DNA from: a virus
Reading direction: 5' to 3' (one strand)
DNA: 64,000 nucleotides
Virus record (IMG/VR): IMGVR_UViG_3300043570_000570
Span: 52,183 to 116,182 of that record
Below the pieces are notes generated by a model that saw nothing but the letters and a program-made list of their open reading frames with translations, searched no databases and was not told the origin of the DNA. Shown here in pieces: positions 36,831 to 46,740 of the stretch. Both the position numbers and the translations under genes were made by a program. The first letter of the stretch is position 1. Every line of letters starts with the position of its first letter.

Positions 36831-37292
36831 ATGAAAAAATTACTAATCATCGCCCTCTTATTTGTCTCTAACTTAAGTTACGGACAGTGGATAGTTAAAA
36901 CTGTCGACAACAAACTAGACAATCCCTACAAGATTGCTTACTGCATGACCTCTGACAAGAAGGCATTACTTAAACTAGAAAAAGTAGGAGATCAACTCTA
37001 TTTCTACTTAACAGGAAGTTACTTCTGTGATGAGTCTTTACAAACAGACATAGCCTTGATAGTAAACGGAGAGTCAAAGCGTTACACTTTCACTTGTACT
37101 AAATCTGCCGATAACAACACTGTGTTTATCCTAGATGACATTACCTCATTATTTAACGATGACTTCCTCACAGACTTTAAGAAATGTTCTTCTGCCATAG
37201 TAAGAGTAAATGAAACCTACTGCACAACAGAAGTCTACAAGTTTACAATGTCTGGTTCCACCAACGCCATTAATGTAATGTCTAAGCAATGA
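36831..37292 (+). CDS. Exported hypothetical protein
   Basis: Likely start MKKLLII; signal peptide SYG|QW. Confidence 0.65.
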   Translation: MKKLLIIALLFVSNLSYGQWIVKTVDNKLDNPYKIAYCMTSDKKALLKLEKVGDQLYFYLTGSYFCDESLQTDIALIVNGESKRYTFTCTKSADNNTVFILDDITSLFNDDFLTDFKKCSSAIVRVNETYCTTEVYKFTMSGSTNAINVMSKQ

Positions 37293-37558
37293 CAAACAAT
37301 AAACAACAGACGGCAGTGGAGTGGTTGGCAGAACAAATGGAAATTTTACATTATGATTATTGGGCTGAACATATATCAAAAGATGAAAAAAATCAAAGGT
37401 TAAAGCAATTAAAAGAACAAGCCAAAGAAATGGAGAAGGAAAGAATTGAAACTGCATACAACAAAGGAACAGTTCATGGAATTGATTATCCTGAAAGTAC
37501 ACTACCAATAACTGGTGAACAATACTACAACAAAACCTACGGAGGAGATGAGCAATGA
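37289..37558 (+). CDS. QTAVEWL-family small phage protein
   Basis: MTNNKQQTAVEWL...QAKEMEKE.I..AY...YYNKTY. Confidence 0.7.
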   Translation: MTNNKQQTAVEWLAEQMEILHYDYWAEHISKDEKNQRLKQLKEQAKEMEKERIETAYNKGTVHGIDYPESTLPITGEQYYNKTYGGDEQ

Positions 37559-37782
37559 CATATGATGAATTAATGGCTGATATTGTATTTAAAATAGAGG
37601 AATACGAATCACGAAATAATAAAAAGCCGATTGGTATTTTAATGAATGAATCAACAAAAGACTTCATGATAAGGTCTGTTATTAAAGACTATGAAGGTAT
37701 TGTAAAAGTTGAAACATTTATGGGTATTAAAATATTCATTTCTAACCATTCAGGAATAGCCCAAGTAAATTTAGTAATTTAA
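37555..37782 (+). CDS. Hypothetical protein
   Basis: ATGA-coupled cassette gene. Confidence 0.55.
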   Translation: MTYDELMADIVFKIEEYESRNNKKPIGILMNESTKDFMIRSVIKDYEGIVKVETFMGIKIFISNHSGIAQVNLVI

Positions 37783-37798
37783 CATACGGAGGTAACAA

Positions 37799-38011
37799 AT
37801 GATTGAAACAAAACGATGTTACGTAAAAAGTGGAGCAGAAAGATGGGATTATGATTTGAATCCTCCCCAATGTGAAGTCATTGACTATTGGGTTATGCTT
37901 GGAGAGCAAAAAATATTTAATTTCCCTTATTATGAAGATGCGCTTGATTACGCAAACAAATTAAATAATGCCATTGATTCGGTTAATAAAACATACAGAG
38001 GTAAGAAATGA
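37799..38011 (+). CDS. Hypothetical protein
   Basis: Cassette gene ending NKTYRGKK. Confidence 0.55.
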   Translation: MIETKRCYVKSGAERWDYDLNPPQCEVIDYWVMLGEQKIFNFPYYEDALDYANKLNNAIDSVNKTYRGKK

Positions 38012-38301
38012 AACTATACACACAACATCAATTGCTAAACACTGCTGAGGCAATCAAAAATTACTACGAGAATAATCCAGATACTGCACAAGAAATGGTA
38101 AAAAAACATCTTATGAATTTGTCACCCGTTACTAAAAAAAGAACTCTCATCATCTACAATACCAAAGAAACAACTGAAGAAGAAGCAAGGCATCTATTAG
38201 AGATTTTAAATTGTGATGATTCAACCTTATGGGATAACGCAGACCATTGCGGAGTTCAAGTAATTGAAGTACCATTAGACAACGGAGGAGGTGAGCAATG
38301 A
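38008..38301 (+). CDS. Hypothetical protein
   Basis: Cassette gene ending GGGEQ. Confidence 0.55.
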   Translation: MKLYTQHQLLNTAEAIKNYYENNPDTAQEMVKKHLMNLSPVTKKRTLIIYNTKETTEEEARHLLEILNCDDSTLWDNADHCGVQVIEVPLDNGGGEQ

Positions 38302-38522
38302 CAAACAATAAACAACAGACGGCAGTGGAGTGGTTAATTGAAAAGTGTGCTTGTGCAGATTTAAGACCTGAACTTTGGGAGATCATCAAACAACAAGCGA
38401 GGGAGATGCACAAACAGGAAATAACCCAAGCGTGGAAAAAAGGAGATGGGGAATTTGATAAAGTATCGGATAAAATGAGTTTGGAATACTACGAACAAAC
38501 CTACGGAGGTAACAATGACTAA
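38298..38522 (+). CDS. QTAVEWL-family small phage protein (paralog)
   Basis: First 13 aa identical to 37289..37558. Confidence 0.7.
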   Translation: MTNNKQQTAVEWLIEKCACADLRPELWEIIKQQAREMHKQEITQAWKKGDGEFDKVSDKMSLEYYEQTYGGNND

Positions 38523-38841
38523 AGAATCTATATCTTCCTTTATTGAAAAGCTACTTAGTGAAGTATCTCCTGAACAAATGGAAGCTACAAGCAAACAAAT
38601 GGAGCCTCTAGGTCCTAAAGCAGAAGCTCATGACTTAGTTCTATCTTTTTATTACAGCCTTCCTAATAACGGAAGTTTAAATCATGGTATTAATAGCTGT
38701 GACTCTCGTTATAAGGAAGGTGTTGTATGTGCTGGACTAGCTACTAAGCGAATTATCTTAGCCCTAGAAGCCCACAGTTGGCAAAACAGAAATGAAATAG
38801 CACACTATAAGGAAATTTTAAAAGAAATAGAACTACTATGA
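38515..38841 (+). CDS. Hypothetical protein
   Basis: 108 aa. Confidence 0.55.
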   Translation: MTKESISSFIEKLLSEVSPEQMEATSKQMEPLGPKAEAHDLVLSFYYSLPNNGSLNHGINSCDSRYKEGVVCAGLATKRIILALEAHSWQNRNEIAHYKEILKEIELL

Positions 38842-39188
38842 GTAAAATAAAACAAACTAAAATACCAATGCTAATGACTACAGATAATGTACTTAAGGTT
38901 GCTGTTCAGCAAGGAGTAATTGAGGATGATTATAATTGGAAGTTAGTTAGAGAACGTGATGGCTTAGTTAATCAATCTAAAGAAATTCTTTGGTTAGAGT
39001 TTGATGAGAAAGGTAACTTTAAAGAGAAACATGATGAGCCTGCTATAGGACGTGGATTACTTATGTCTCCTTTTAATCCTTACTTTACTTGGCAGACAAC
39101 TTCTGTCACAGAAATCTATGAGCAGAAAGAAAACTATCTTAAATTTAAAACAGGTAATAGCGTTTATGAACTCTACAAATTAACTTAA
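38838..39188 (+). CDS. Hypothetical protein
   Basis: WQTT.VTEI...FKT.NSVYEL pattern. Confidence 0.6.
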   Translation: MSKIKQTKIPMLMTTDNVLKVAVQQGVIEDDYNWKLVRERDGLVNQSKEILWLEFDEKGNFKEKHDEPAIGRGLLMSPFNPYFTWQTTSVTEIYEQKENYLKFKTGNSVYELYKLT

Positions 39189-39374
39189 TCTATGAAAACA
39201 CTATTACTATTTATTTTTAAACTGACTTTATTAATCTGTTTATTTTTCTTAGGATTTATAGGGCTTATAGTCAACATAGGCTACCTATTTATAGAACTAT
39301 TTGATAGTTGGATTAATGCTGTCTGTGGTAAAATAGAAGATAAACTTGACAAATTAAGAGTACTTTAGATTATT

Positions 39375-39596
39375 ATGACAATAGAAACAGAATTAAAACT
39401 AGATTTACAAGGTTATACTCCTAGACAATATGCTGCTCTTATTCTAAAAGATGACTTTGGCTACAGCCATGAGAAAGCAGGAATACAACTAGGTATTAGC
39501 CGTTATGCATTTGCTATACTCTATAAAAGAGCTAAAACTAAACCAGACACCCTCTATGCTCACAGAAATATCTTACTACTGCGAAAAGCGACCTGA
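39375..39596 (+). CDS. Small sigma-region-4-like HTH protein
   Basis: TPRQ..ALIL...GYSHEKAG.QLGIS......Y.RAK. Confidence 0.55.
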   Translation: MTIETELKLDLQGYTPRQYAALILKDDFGYSHEKAGIQLGISRYAFAILYKRAKTKPDTLYAHRNILLLRKAT

Positions 39597-40032
39597 GTTC
39601 TTTGACTTTATCTCAAACCACTTTAAAGTTGTATTTACAGAGAAATCCTTTAATGATTCCAACTTATCCGTGCATGCTATCCAAGATGGATATGATATAG
39701 CAGCTGTATTGTTAATGAAGAAGAAAAAAGTAGGATACCGTATTACCTTTATTCACGTAGCAGAGAAGTATCAAAGACAAAGAATAGGTAAGTTTCTTTT
39801 ATCTTTAGCTCATGAACATGCTTTAAGGGAAAATAAGAGCCCTGTGAATATAATCACTAGAGTTAAAGCAAATAACTTAACTTCGTTAAACTTCTTTATT
39901 AATGCAGGATACACTTTTAAAACTTTTGAGTGTAAACATGAAACAATTGAGACTAACGGAGACATTACAACAACAACTAAACCAGCTTATATATTAACTT
40001 ATGACTTCAGAAACGAGATTATTGTTAAATAG
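39556..40032 (+). CDS. GNAT-family acetyltransferase
   Basis: IHVAEKYQRQRIG acetyl-CoA motif, N..S..FF...GY; likely start MLTEIS. Confidence 0.8.
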   Translation: MLTEISYYCEKRPEFFDFISNHFKVVFTEKSFNDSNLSVHAIQDGYDIAAVLLMKKKKVGYRITFIHVAEKYQRQRIGKFLLSLAHEHALRENKSPVNIITRVKANNLTSLNFFINAGYTFKTFECKHETIETNGDITTTTKPAYILTYDFRNEIIVK

Positions 40033-40402
40033 GATTAAAACTCCTGATGGTACTATTTTGACTTCTTACAATAGACATGACTACCTAACCCATAAAGACA
40101 CTATAACCAAAGAGGTTCTTATGGTAGATGGAGGTAATGACTATATAAGAAGGCATGTAGGTACTTACGAAGAGCTAAGCGTCTATGACGATGGCTCACA
40201 CATTACTAGAAGGTCTGCTTTACATTGGGGTACTAGAGGTAGGGATGGTAAACAACCCTTAGTTTATAAACCAATCAAAGACCTAGACTCAGATCATATA
40301 GAAGCTATTCTAAAAACACAAACCCAACTCTCTGAGTTTTATAAGGAAGTGTTTAAAGAAGAGTTGAAATATAGATTTGACGAAAAAGCAGAAAAGCTTT
40401 AA
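40001..40402 (+). CDS. Conserved phage hypothetical protein
   Basis: S..RHDY...VDGG.DY.RR, WGTRG.DG. Confidence 0.65.
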   Translation: MTSETRLLLNRIKTPDGTILTSYNRHDYLTHKDTITKEVLMVDGGNDYIRRHVGTYEELSVYDDGSHITRRSALHWGTRGRDGKQPLVYKPIKDLDSDHIEAILKTQTQLSEFYKEVFKEELKYRFDEKAEKL

Positions 40403-40411
40403 CTTTGAGTT

Positions 40412-40633
40412 ATGTCACCAGAAACTCAAGCCCTTGCCTTAGAGATTGAAATCAAAAGTTTAGGATTTCAAGTAGATAGAGCAATGTACAGAAAAATTGC
40501 TAACCTTATAATAGACAAGATTATACTAGAGTACGAAGATATGTCTAAGTACTTTGATGGAAATAACAAGTCTATTAACAATGCTGTATTATATTGGAAA
40601 CAAGTTAAACAACACACTAACGATGAGGTGTAA
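40412..40633 (+). CDS. Hypothetical protein
   Basis: Preceded by TAACTTTG; YWKQVK tail. Confidence 0.55.
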   Translation: MSPETQALALEIEIKSLGFQVDRAMYRKIANLIIDKIILEYEDMSKYFDGNNKSINNAVLYWKQVKQHTNDEV

Positions 40634-40753
40634 ACTTAGACTGATTAGATTTAAAATAAACAACACTAACTGTATGAGTAGCACTCAGTTCCTCGCCTAC
40701 TCTCTTCTCTCTATTTCCCTTTTGTCCATAGTAATAGCATTGTTTGCTAATCT

Positions 40754-40969
40754 ATGGAGTATCTTTGTGGAATGGAGTACACACTAAGTGAAGAAGGTAC
40801 AGTCATTGAATTTCATCTGATTGTTAAGACAATGCACAAAAACGAAGATTACAAGTTTTACTCGGAAAAAGAACGAGATAAAGCACACAAGAAAGCCCTA
40901 GGAGAAAAGAATTTATTACTCGTTCATTGTTACAAACACGACAGCGAAGAAACACCAGAAAACACTTAA
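40754..40969 (+). CDS. Hypothetical protein
   Basis: Followed by a terminator. Confidence 0.5.
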   Translation: MEYLCGMEYTLSEEGTVIEFHLIVKTMHKNEDYKFYSEKERDKAHKKALGEKNLLLVHCYKHDSEETPENT

Positions 40970-40990
40970 ACTAAACTTAAACTTAAACAT

Positions 40991-41015
40991 AAAGCACCTC
41001 TAGGGGTGCTTTTTT
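40991..41015 (+). terminator. Intrinsic terminator
   Basis: AAAGCACCTC-tag-GGGTGCTTTTTT. Confidence 0.7.
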
Positions 41016-41046
41016 CATTTAAACTAAACTAAACTAAAACCAAAAT

Positions 41047-43047
41047 ATGCCAAACCAACAAATTATTGATGATCCATTCTCCTCGGAGTTTATGGAAACT
41101 GCAAACAAAGAAATGCAAACTATTCATGTATCTGCTGCATCTCTTCGTAAAAGAAGAGTAAGGCAGGATAAGTTTGTTCTACACCCTGACTTAAAGAAAA
41201 GATTAATTAAACTTATTAGTACTAATGTACCTGAGCAAGTGAAAGCAATTGCTCAGCAAATTATAGATTTAACGCATGTACCTACTTTAAACAAGTATTG
41301 TAACTATCTAGGGTTATCTCAAGCTGACTATACTAAAATTTCTTATTTAGATGAAGACCGTAAGAATCGTTTAAATGGTCAAGTGGGTATTCAACACATT
41401 ATTAAGCCTGGAACAGAAGCTGTATTTCATTATAAAAGAAATTACGTAAGTCATGAACCTAATCATGGTCACTATGATTGTAAACTAGTTTTAACTGCTA
41501 GACACTTAGGAGGAGATGTTTTTCCTATTAAGGGATTTGTACTTGAAAACAAAGAATTTACAGTAACTTCTTATCTATGGGAAAATAGCCAAAGAACACA
41601 GAATGAACATGTTTTTAACTTTGAATTTAAAAATACCTTCTTGGAAAAAGATTCAAGGCCTCTAAGGATTAGAAACTCTAGGTTAGTGTCTAGTGCATCT
41701 TTTCATGTAGATCAATCAGGATACGAAGGTACTGGAGGATATAATCTATTAGGCGTAAGTTTTAATAAAACTGAAACTAAAGTTAAAGAAGTATGGAACT
41801 ACAAACAAAGATACCACACTTCAGTAGGTAAGATTGTTCGTAGGTTATTTGGAGATACTTATAGCGATAGAGATATTACTGCTTTTGCAGAAGCCTATGC
41901 TAGTCTAATTACTGTAAGCAACCCTTTGTATGATTTTGCTATTATTGACGGAGATGCTATCAAAGATGCTTATCATTTTGAGAACTATGCAGCTCAATCA
42001 GGTACTCTAGGAAGCTCTTGTATGCGTCACAGATCATGTCAAAACTACTTTGACATCTATACTAAGTTTCCAGACAAAGTAAGGATGGCTGTACTTAAAA
42101 GAGGTGGTAAGATTGCTGCTCGTTCTATTATGTGGAACATTGAAGGTAAGTTTATGTTTGACCGTATTTACTATACAACAAACGAAACACAAAACTTACT
42201 CAAGAACACATTAGAAGCTGCAGGATACTCTACTCTTTTCTCTGTAGGAAGAATCTACTCTATGGAGATAGATTTAGAAGGAATAAATAAATTCCCTTAT
42301 TTAGATACTTTATGTAACTATGACCTAGCTAGAAAAATACTTACCAATGGTTGTATAGATGGTCTTCGTTATGAGTTTAGAAACACTGGGGGTGATTACT
42401 ATCAATATAATTGTCAGGGTGAAGAGGAGGATAGTGACTATACCTGTAGTTGCTGTGATAATACTGTACATTATGATACTACTATTTACGTTGAGAGAGG
42501 TCAATATCGTGATCTAAGAGTATGTGAAGATTGTGCTATTTACTCAGATTCAACTGGAGAGTATCATACCATTGAAGATGACACAGTTATCACTTATCAA
42601 GATGATTCTATCTTAACAGATGAAGGTATTAGGTTAATTGATGATAGATGGGCACACCAAGATGATCCTGAACTTAGGCAATTTGAGAATGGCTTTGGTT
42701 ATTTTATCTTAGATGAACATGACTATCTAACTGATGGCAATGTATATTATTATCCAAATGATGAGACTAAGCCAGAAAATCTTTATGATAGTGAAGAAGT
42801 AAATAGGAGAAACAGCAAGAGACTATCTGAGATTATAACAAATAATTCTATTATTAACATCCATAGTAGTAGTAATGTTGGTATTGGAAGTTTAGGTATT
42901 GGAACCTATCTACTAAATACAAATACTATTACTAGTACTACTAATTACTCAAATTTTTCTTTTGTAAACGAAAATCAACCTGAATCAGAAGAAATAATAG
43001 AAGTAGAAGCGATGGTACAAGACAATAATGAAGAACACTTAATTTAA
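41047..43047 (+). CDS. Large conserved phage protein (GTL.SSCM motif, C-terminal CxxC pairs)
   Basis: 666 aa; GTLGSSCMR, FDRIY, FPYLDT, CSCC/CEDC. Confidence 0.6.
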   Translation: MPNQQIIDDPFSSEFMETANKEMQTIHVSAASLRKRRVRQDKFVLHPDLKKRLIKLISTNVPEQVKAIAQQIIDLTHVPTLNKYCNYLGLSQADYTKISYLDEDRKNRLNGQVGIQHIIKPGTEAVFHYKRNYVSHEPNHGHYDCKLVLTARHLGGDVFPIKGFVLENKEFTVTSYLWENSQRTQNEHVFNFEFKNTFLEKDSRPLRIRNSRLVSSASFHVDQSGYEGTGGYNLLGVSFNKTETKVKEVWNYKQRYHTSVGKIVRRLFGDTYSDRDITAFAEAYASLITVSNPLYDFAIIDGDAIKDAYHFENYAAQSGTLGSSCMRHRSCQNYFDIYTKFPDKVRMAVLKRGGKIAARSIMWNIEGKFMFDRIYYTTNETQNLLKNTLEAAGYSTLFSVGRIYSMEIDLEGINKFPYLDTLCNYDLARKILTNGCIDGLRYEFRNTGGDYYQYNCQGEEEDSDYTCSCCDNTVHYDTTIYVERGQYRDLRVCEDCAIYSDSTGEYHTIEDDTVITYQDDSILTDEGIRLIDDRWAHQDDPELRQFENGFGYFILDEHDYLTDGNVYYYPNDETKPENLYDSEEVNRRNSKRLSEIITNNSIINIHSSSNVGIGSLGIGTYLLNTNTITSTTNYSNFSFVNENQPESEEIIEVEAMVQDNNEEHLI

Positions 43048-43059
43048 AAAAACAAAAAA

Positions 43060-44481
43060 ATGACTTATAAATATAAAAGCAAAGAACTAGGTGAAGTAGA
43101 TGATACATTAAAAGGAAATTTCCCTGTAGACTTTGATCTACTGTTTGATATTATGTATCAACAAAGCCCCACCTACCAGCCAGAGATGGAGAAGCTTAAA
43201 AAGGATTGGCTTATTAATCTTATTTCTCAAATAGACGGAGTAACAGTAGAAGAGAAAGGCGGTAATATCTATTGCACAAAAGGAGAAGCTGAGTATTATC
43301 CTACTGTAGTAGCTCATTATGACACAGCTCAAGACTATCATGTAGGCATGCGTATCTTTAAGACAGATAAGTGGATTTTCGGCTTTGATGACTTCAGAGG
43401 CGAACAATGTGGCTTAGGTCTCGATGACTCTGTAGGTGTATGTTTTGCTATTCAAATGCTTAAGATGATGCCTGTATGTAAGGTATTCTTGCCTTATGGT
43501 GAAGAAAGGGGTTTATTAGGTACTAACTGTTGTGATATGACTTTCTTTAACAACTCTCTAGTAGTTACTCAGCTAGATCGCAGGTCTTATACAACAGACT
43601 TCATCCAGTATACTAATGGGTATCAAGTGTGGAATCCTGAACATCTTACCCTTATTAAACCTTTGATGGACAAATATGGATACAAGCCTGCTTCAGGTAC
43701 AGCTACTGACGTAGGTGGACTTCGTAGAAGGGGACTTAAAGTTTCTTCTCACAACTTATCTTGTGGTTATTTTAACGAGCATGGAGATAGTGAGGTAGCT
43801 AGTGTTAATCTAATGATTAATGCTTTTAGCTTTGCTTATGAGATGCTTACAATGTTGGCTGAAAGAAACATTCCACTCGAATTTCCTCTTCCTTCTTTTG
43901 ACCTTCCTAAGCATTCTGGTAAAAAGTCACATAGTAGTGAATCTCATCTAGGCTTAGGTGCTAAGCAAATTAGCATGTGGGACGTCTATGATGATTATTA
44001 CTACGATCAGGTTAAGGGAGACTTTGTAAAAATAGAAGATAAAACAAAAGATCCCTTCTATTGGGAAGATGATGGGAAGACCTCTAAAGACGTTAAATCT
44101 GTTGAAGATGACATGGATGACCTTGAAGCCTATGAAGCCTACAATGAATGGGTTATGAGTGTTTATCCTGAGATGTCTTTACCTGCACATAGGAAAGAAC
44201 TTACTCACCTCTCTCACTATTACTGTGCAGATGGAGTAGACTTTAAAGTAAAAGACCTATCCTCTACAACAGTAGATGAAGCTCTTATGGATGAAGGTGT
44301 ATGTCCTATTTGTTTAGGACATGCTATACATATCACGAATGACTTGTTACTTGAAACTTCCTGTTCAGATTGTGAGAGTATTTTTAACATACCAAAAGAC
44401 ATGGTAGAGTCCTATGAATACGACTTTCACCAAGTATGGCTTGGTAAGAAGGATTTCTTAGAGATTAGAGGATTAGCTTAG
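43060..44481 (+). CDS. M28/M20-type zinc peptidase with C-terminal zinc ribbon
   Basis: AHYDT, G.DD..G, GEE.G, Q.DRR, TD, SCGY..EH; CPIC...CSDC. Confidence 0.82.
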   Translation: MTYKYKSKELGEVDDTLKGNFPVDFDLLFDIMYQQSPTYQPEMEKLKKDWLINLISQIDGVTVEEKGGNIYCTKGEAEYYPTVVAHYDTAQDYHVGMRIFKTDKWIFGFDDFRGEQCGLGLDDSVGVCFAIQMLKMMPVCKVFLPYGEERGLLGTNCCDMTFFNNSLVVTQLDRRSYTTDFIQYTNGYQVWNPEHLTLIKPLMDKYGYKPASGTATDVGGLRRRGLKVSSHNLSCGYFNEHGDSEVASVNLMINAFSFAYEMLTMLAERNIPLEFPLPSFDLPKHSGKKSHSSESHLGLGAKQISMWDVYDDYYYDQVKGDFVKIEDKTKDPFYWEDDGKTSKDVKSVEDDMDDLEAYEAYNEWVMSVYPEMSLPAHRKELTHLSHYYCADGVDFKVKDLSSTTVDEALMDEGVCPICLGHAIHITNDLLLETSCSDCESIFNIPKDMVESYEYDFHQVWLGKKDFLEIRGLA

Positions 44482-44535
44482 GCTATTCCTTTAATCGTAA
44501 ATCATCTATTAAATAAGTAGAATCAAAAGAATATT

Positions 44536-44805
44536 ATGGACATAGAACATTATGGAGATAGTCTGGAATCAACCCCAGACTATCTTTTTATGAGAAAAAT
44601 GTGGATAGAAGACTTGGAAAAAGTTGAAGAATCCCTTATCTTTGTAGACCCGCCTAAGTTTAATAAAGAGAAATTATTCAAAGGCATAAACGTAATTTTA
44701 ACCACAACAGAAAATGAAGAAAACATTCTACGAAGTCCTATGGGAACTAGCAGTCAAAGAGAAAATGATAGACAAGTGGATTTACGAAGACAAACTTCTG
44801 AATAA
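44536..44805 (+). CDS. Hypothetical protein
   Basis: 89 aa, long overlap with the next gene. Confidence 0.4.
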   Translation: MDIEHYGDSLESTPDYLFMRKMWIEDLEKVEESLIFVDPPKFNKEKLFKGINVILTTTENEENILRSPMGTSSQRENDRQVDLRRQTSE

Positions 44806-45262
44806 TGGAACCACTTTTAGTTGGACACCTAAAGCACTAGAAGAACTTGACATAAGTCAGGTAATATCTGCACTTAAAGTTGCTAGACACTCTGATCCTG
44901 TTAAAGTAATTGCAAATCCAACACCACAACCTGAAATACCTATTACATGGGTAACAGAGTTTATCGCTAAGTTTAGTACAAAGAACATAGGAGTATCAGG
45001 AAAGACTACTGACAAGGTAAGTGTAGTTAAGCGATTGATTAAATTCTTAACAGAGTACGACTATACCTTAGACGAGATAGCCAGAGCTACTGACCTTTAC
45101 ATAGATACCTTGAAAGGACAAGGATCTATTAAGTTTATCAGAGAGTGTGGTTATTTTATCTCTAAGAAGATAGATGGAGTGGAACAAAGCGACTTAGCTA
45201 AGTGGTGTGAAGAGTTAAAGAATGGTAGTGGACCTGCCTATAATAGTCATCAAATCTTATAA
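44714..45262 (+). CDS. Replication-module protein upstream of the helicase
   Basis: 182 aa; positional. Confidence 0.55.
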   Translation: MKKTFYEVLWELAVKEKMIDKWIYEDKLLNNGTTFSWTPKALEELDISQVISALKVARHSDPVKVIANPTPQPEIPITWVTEFIAKFSTKNIGVSGKTTDKVSVVKRLIKFLTEYDYTLDEIARATDLYIDTLKGQGSIKFIRECGYFISKKIDGVEQSDLAKWCEELKNGSGPAYNSHQIL

Positions 45263-45264
45263 GG

Positions 45265-46371
45265 ATGAACTTTGAAAGTATAATAGCTCAGATTGAGAGA
45301 AACAAAGAAATTAAGGATGCAGGAGGAATAACTTCTATTGCTCCTCCATTTCCTAGGTTGGCTCAATACTACGGAGGCTTTACTAAAGGTTCTATTACTT
45401 GTATTACTGCTGCATCAGGTGTAGGTAAGTCAAAGTTTGCAAAATACATGACTATCGTAAACATCTATAAAGCAACAAGAAATACAGAAATCACTCCTAA
45501 GATATTTTATTTTGCCTTAGAAGAGAGTGCTACAGATTTCTGGATGTCTTTTATATCTATTTATTTACATCAGAATTACAATCTTACTGTCACTGTACAG
45601 CAATTAAAGTCTATAGGAAACTATAAAGTAAGTTCTGAGTTAATGACTAAGATAAAAGCTGCAGAAACCTTTATCACTAATTTACAAAACATTGTAGATG
45701 TAGTAGATTATATAAGGAATCCTACAGGTATAGCTAAGTATGTAAAAGCATACTTTGACAACCCACAGATAGGAGAAAACATCTACAAAGACTTAGATGA
45801 TGGTAGAAGAATTACTACAGGCTACAGATACAGATCTGAAGACCATTGGGTATTCTTTGTACTAGACCACATTAGTCTCTTATCTAATGAGATAACTCCT
45901 GACACTAAGATGAAGTTAAGTTCTTATCAGACTTTTGACTTTATGATTAAGGATTATGTGCTAGACGTGTTTTCTAAGCGATATAAGATGGCTAATATCA
46001 TTGTCCATCAGCAGACTCCTGCATCAGAAAAGCAAACTTACACTTACAAGGGACAGTTAATGGAAGAGAAACTAGAACCTTCTATGGAAGAACTCCACAT
46101 TAACAAAGGTGTACACCAAGACTACGAAGTAGTTCTGGGTATATTTAGTCCTGCAAGATATAACATAGCAGTTCATAATGGCTATGATGTATCTCTATTA
46201 GGTAACAAATACCGCTCTCTTAAATTCCTTAAAGACCGCTACTATGGCTTAGAAAATTCAAGCGTAGGACTTTACTTTAATGGAGCTAACGGAAAGTTTG
46301 ACGAGTTACCAAAGCCTGAAGAGATGAATAATCCTGTAGGCAATCATTATGAAAGATATTTAAAAATGTAA
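45265..46371 (+). CDS. DnaB-like (SF4) replicative helicase
   Basis: AASGVGKS, FALEE, VLDHISL, HQQ, LKDRY. Confidence 0.85.
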   Translation: MNFESIIAQIERNKEIKDAGGITSIAPPFPRLAQYYGGFTKGSITCITAASGVGKSKFAKYMTIVNIYKATRNTEITPKIFYFALEESATDFWMSFISIYLHQNYNLTVTVQQLKSIGNYKVSSELMTKIKAAETFITNLQNIVDVVDYIRNPTGIAKYVKAYFDNPQIGENIYKDLDDGRRITTGYRYRSEDHWVFFVLDHISLLSNEITPDTKMKLSSYQTFDFMIKDYVLDVFSKRYKMANIIVHQQTPASEKQTYTYKGQLMEEKLEPSMEELHINKGVHQDYEVVLGIFSPARYNIAVHNGYDVSLLGNKYRSLKFLKDRYYGLENSSVGLYFNGANGKFDELPKPEEMNNPVGNHYERYLKM

Positions 46372-46401
46372 AATTGTAAAATTGTAAAATTGTTAAAATC
46401 A

Positions 46402-46722
46402 ATGAATAAAAAAGAAGAGTTTAGTCCAGAATTAGTCCAAGTACTCACCCATATGTGTAGTATGATTGGAGAAAATTACGAGGAAGTAGATTTTAATTCT
46501 CCTACCTGGTATTGGGAACACACTTGGACAATGGAGAAGGAAGAAGAGTTTATAGATTGGCTAGCTAAATTACTTTATGACAACAGTAAAGTAAGAAAAG
46601 CAATCTTAAGTTTCCCTTCTAAAGATAAAAAGCGTTGCCAAGCAGGAGCAAGATTCTTTGCTTCTATGTACGGTTGGAAAATAATAACTGAAGATTTAGA
46701 TAAACTACTAGAGACAAAATAA
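46402..46722 (+). CDS. Hypothetical protein
   Basis: Likely start MNKKEEF. Confidence 0.55.
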   Translation: MNKKEEFSPELVQVLTHMCSMIGENYEEVDFNSPTWYWEHTWTMEKEEEFIDWLAKLLYDNSKVRKAILSFPSKDKKRCQAGARFFASMYGWKIITEDLDKLLETK

Positions 46723-46740
46723 ACAAAATAAACTAACTAT

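Larger units (their letters stand above)
37285..38335 (+). repeat. 42-bp perfect direct repeat (37285-37326, 38294-38335) covering the starts of two paralogous genes
   Basis: AGCAATGACAAACAATAAACAACAGACGGCAGTGGAGTGGTT twice. Confidence 0.9.

Noticed and set aside
37285-38522. Repeats as a CRISPR array or integron attC sites
   Set aside because: Repeats are coding, irregularly spaced hundreds of nt apart and not palindromic; no cas or integrase gene
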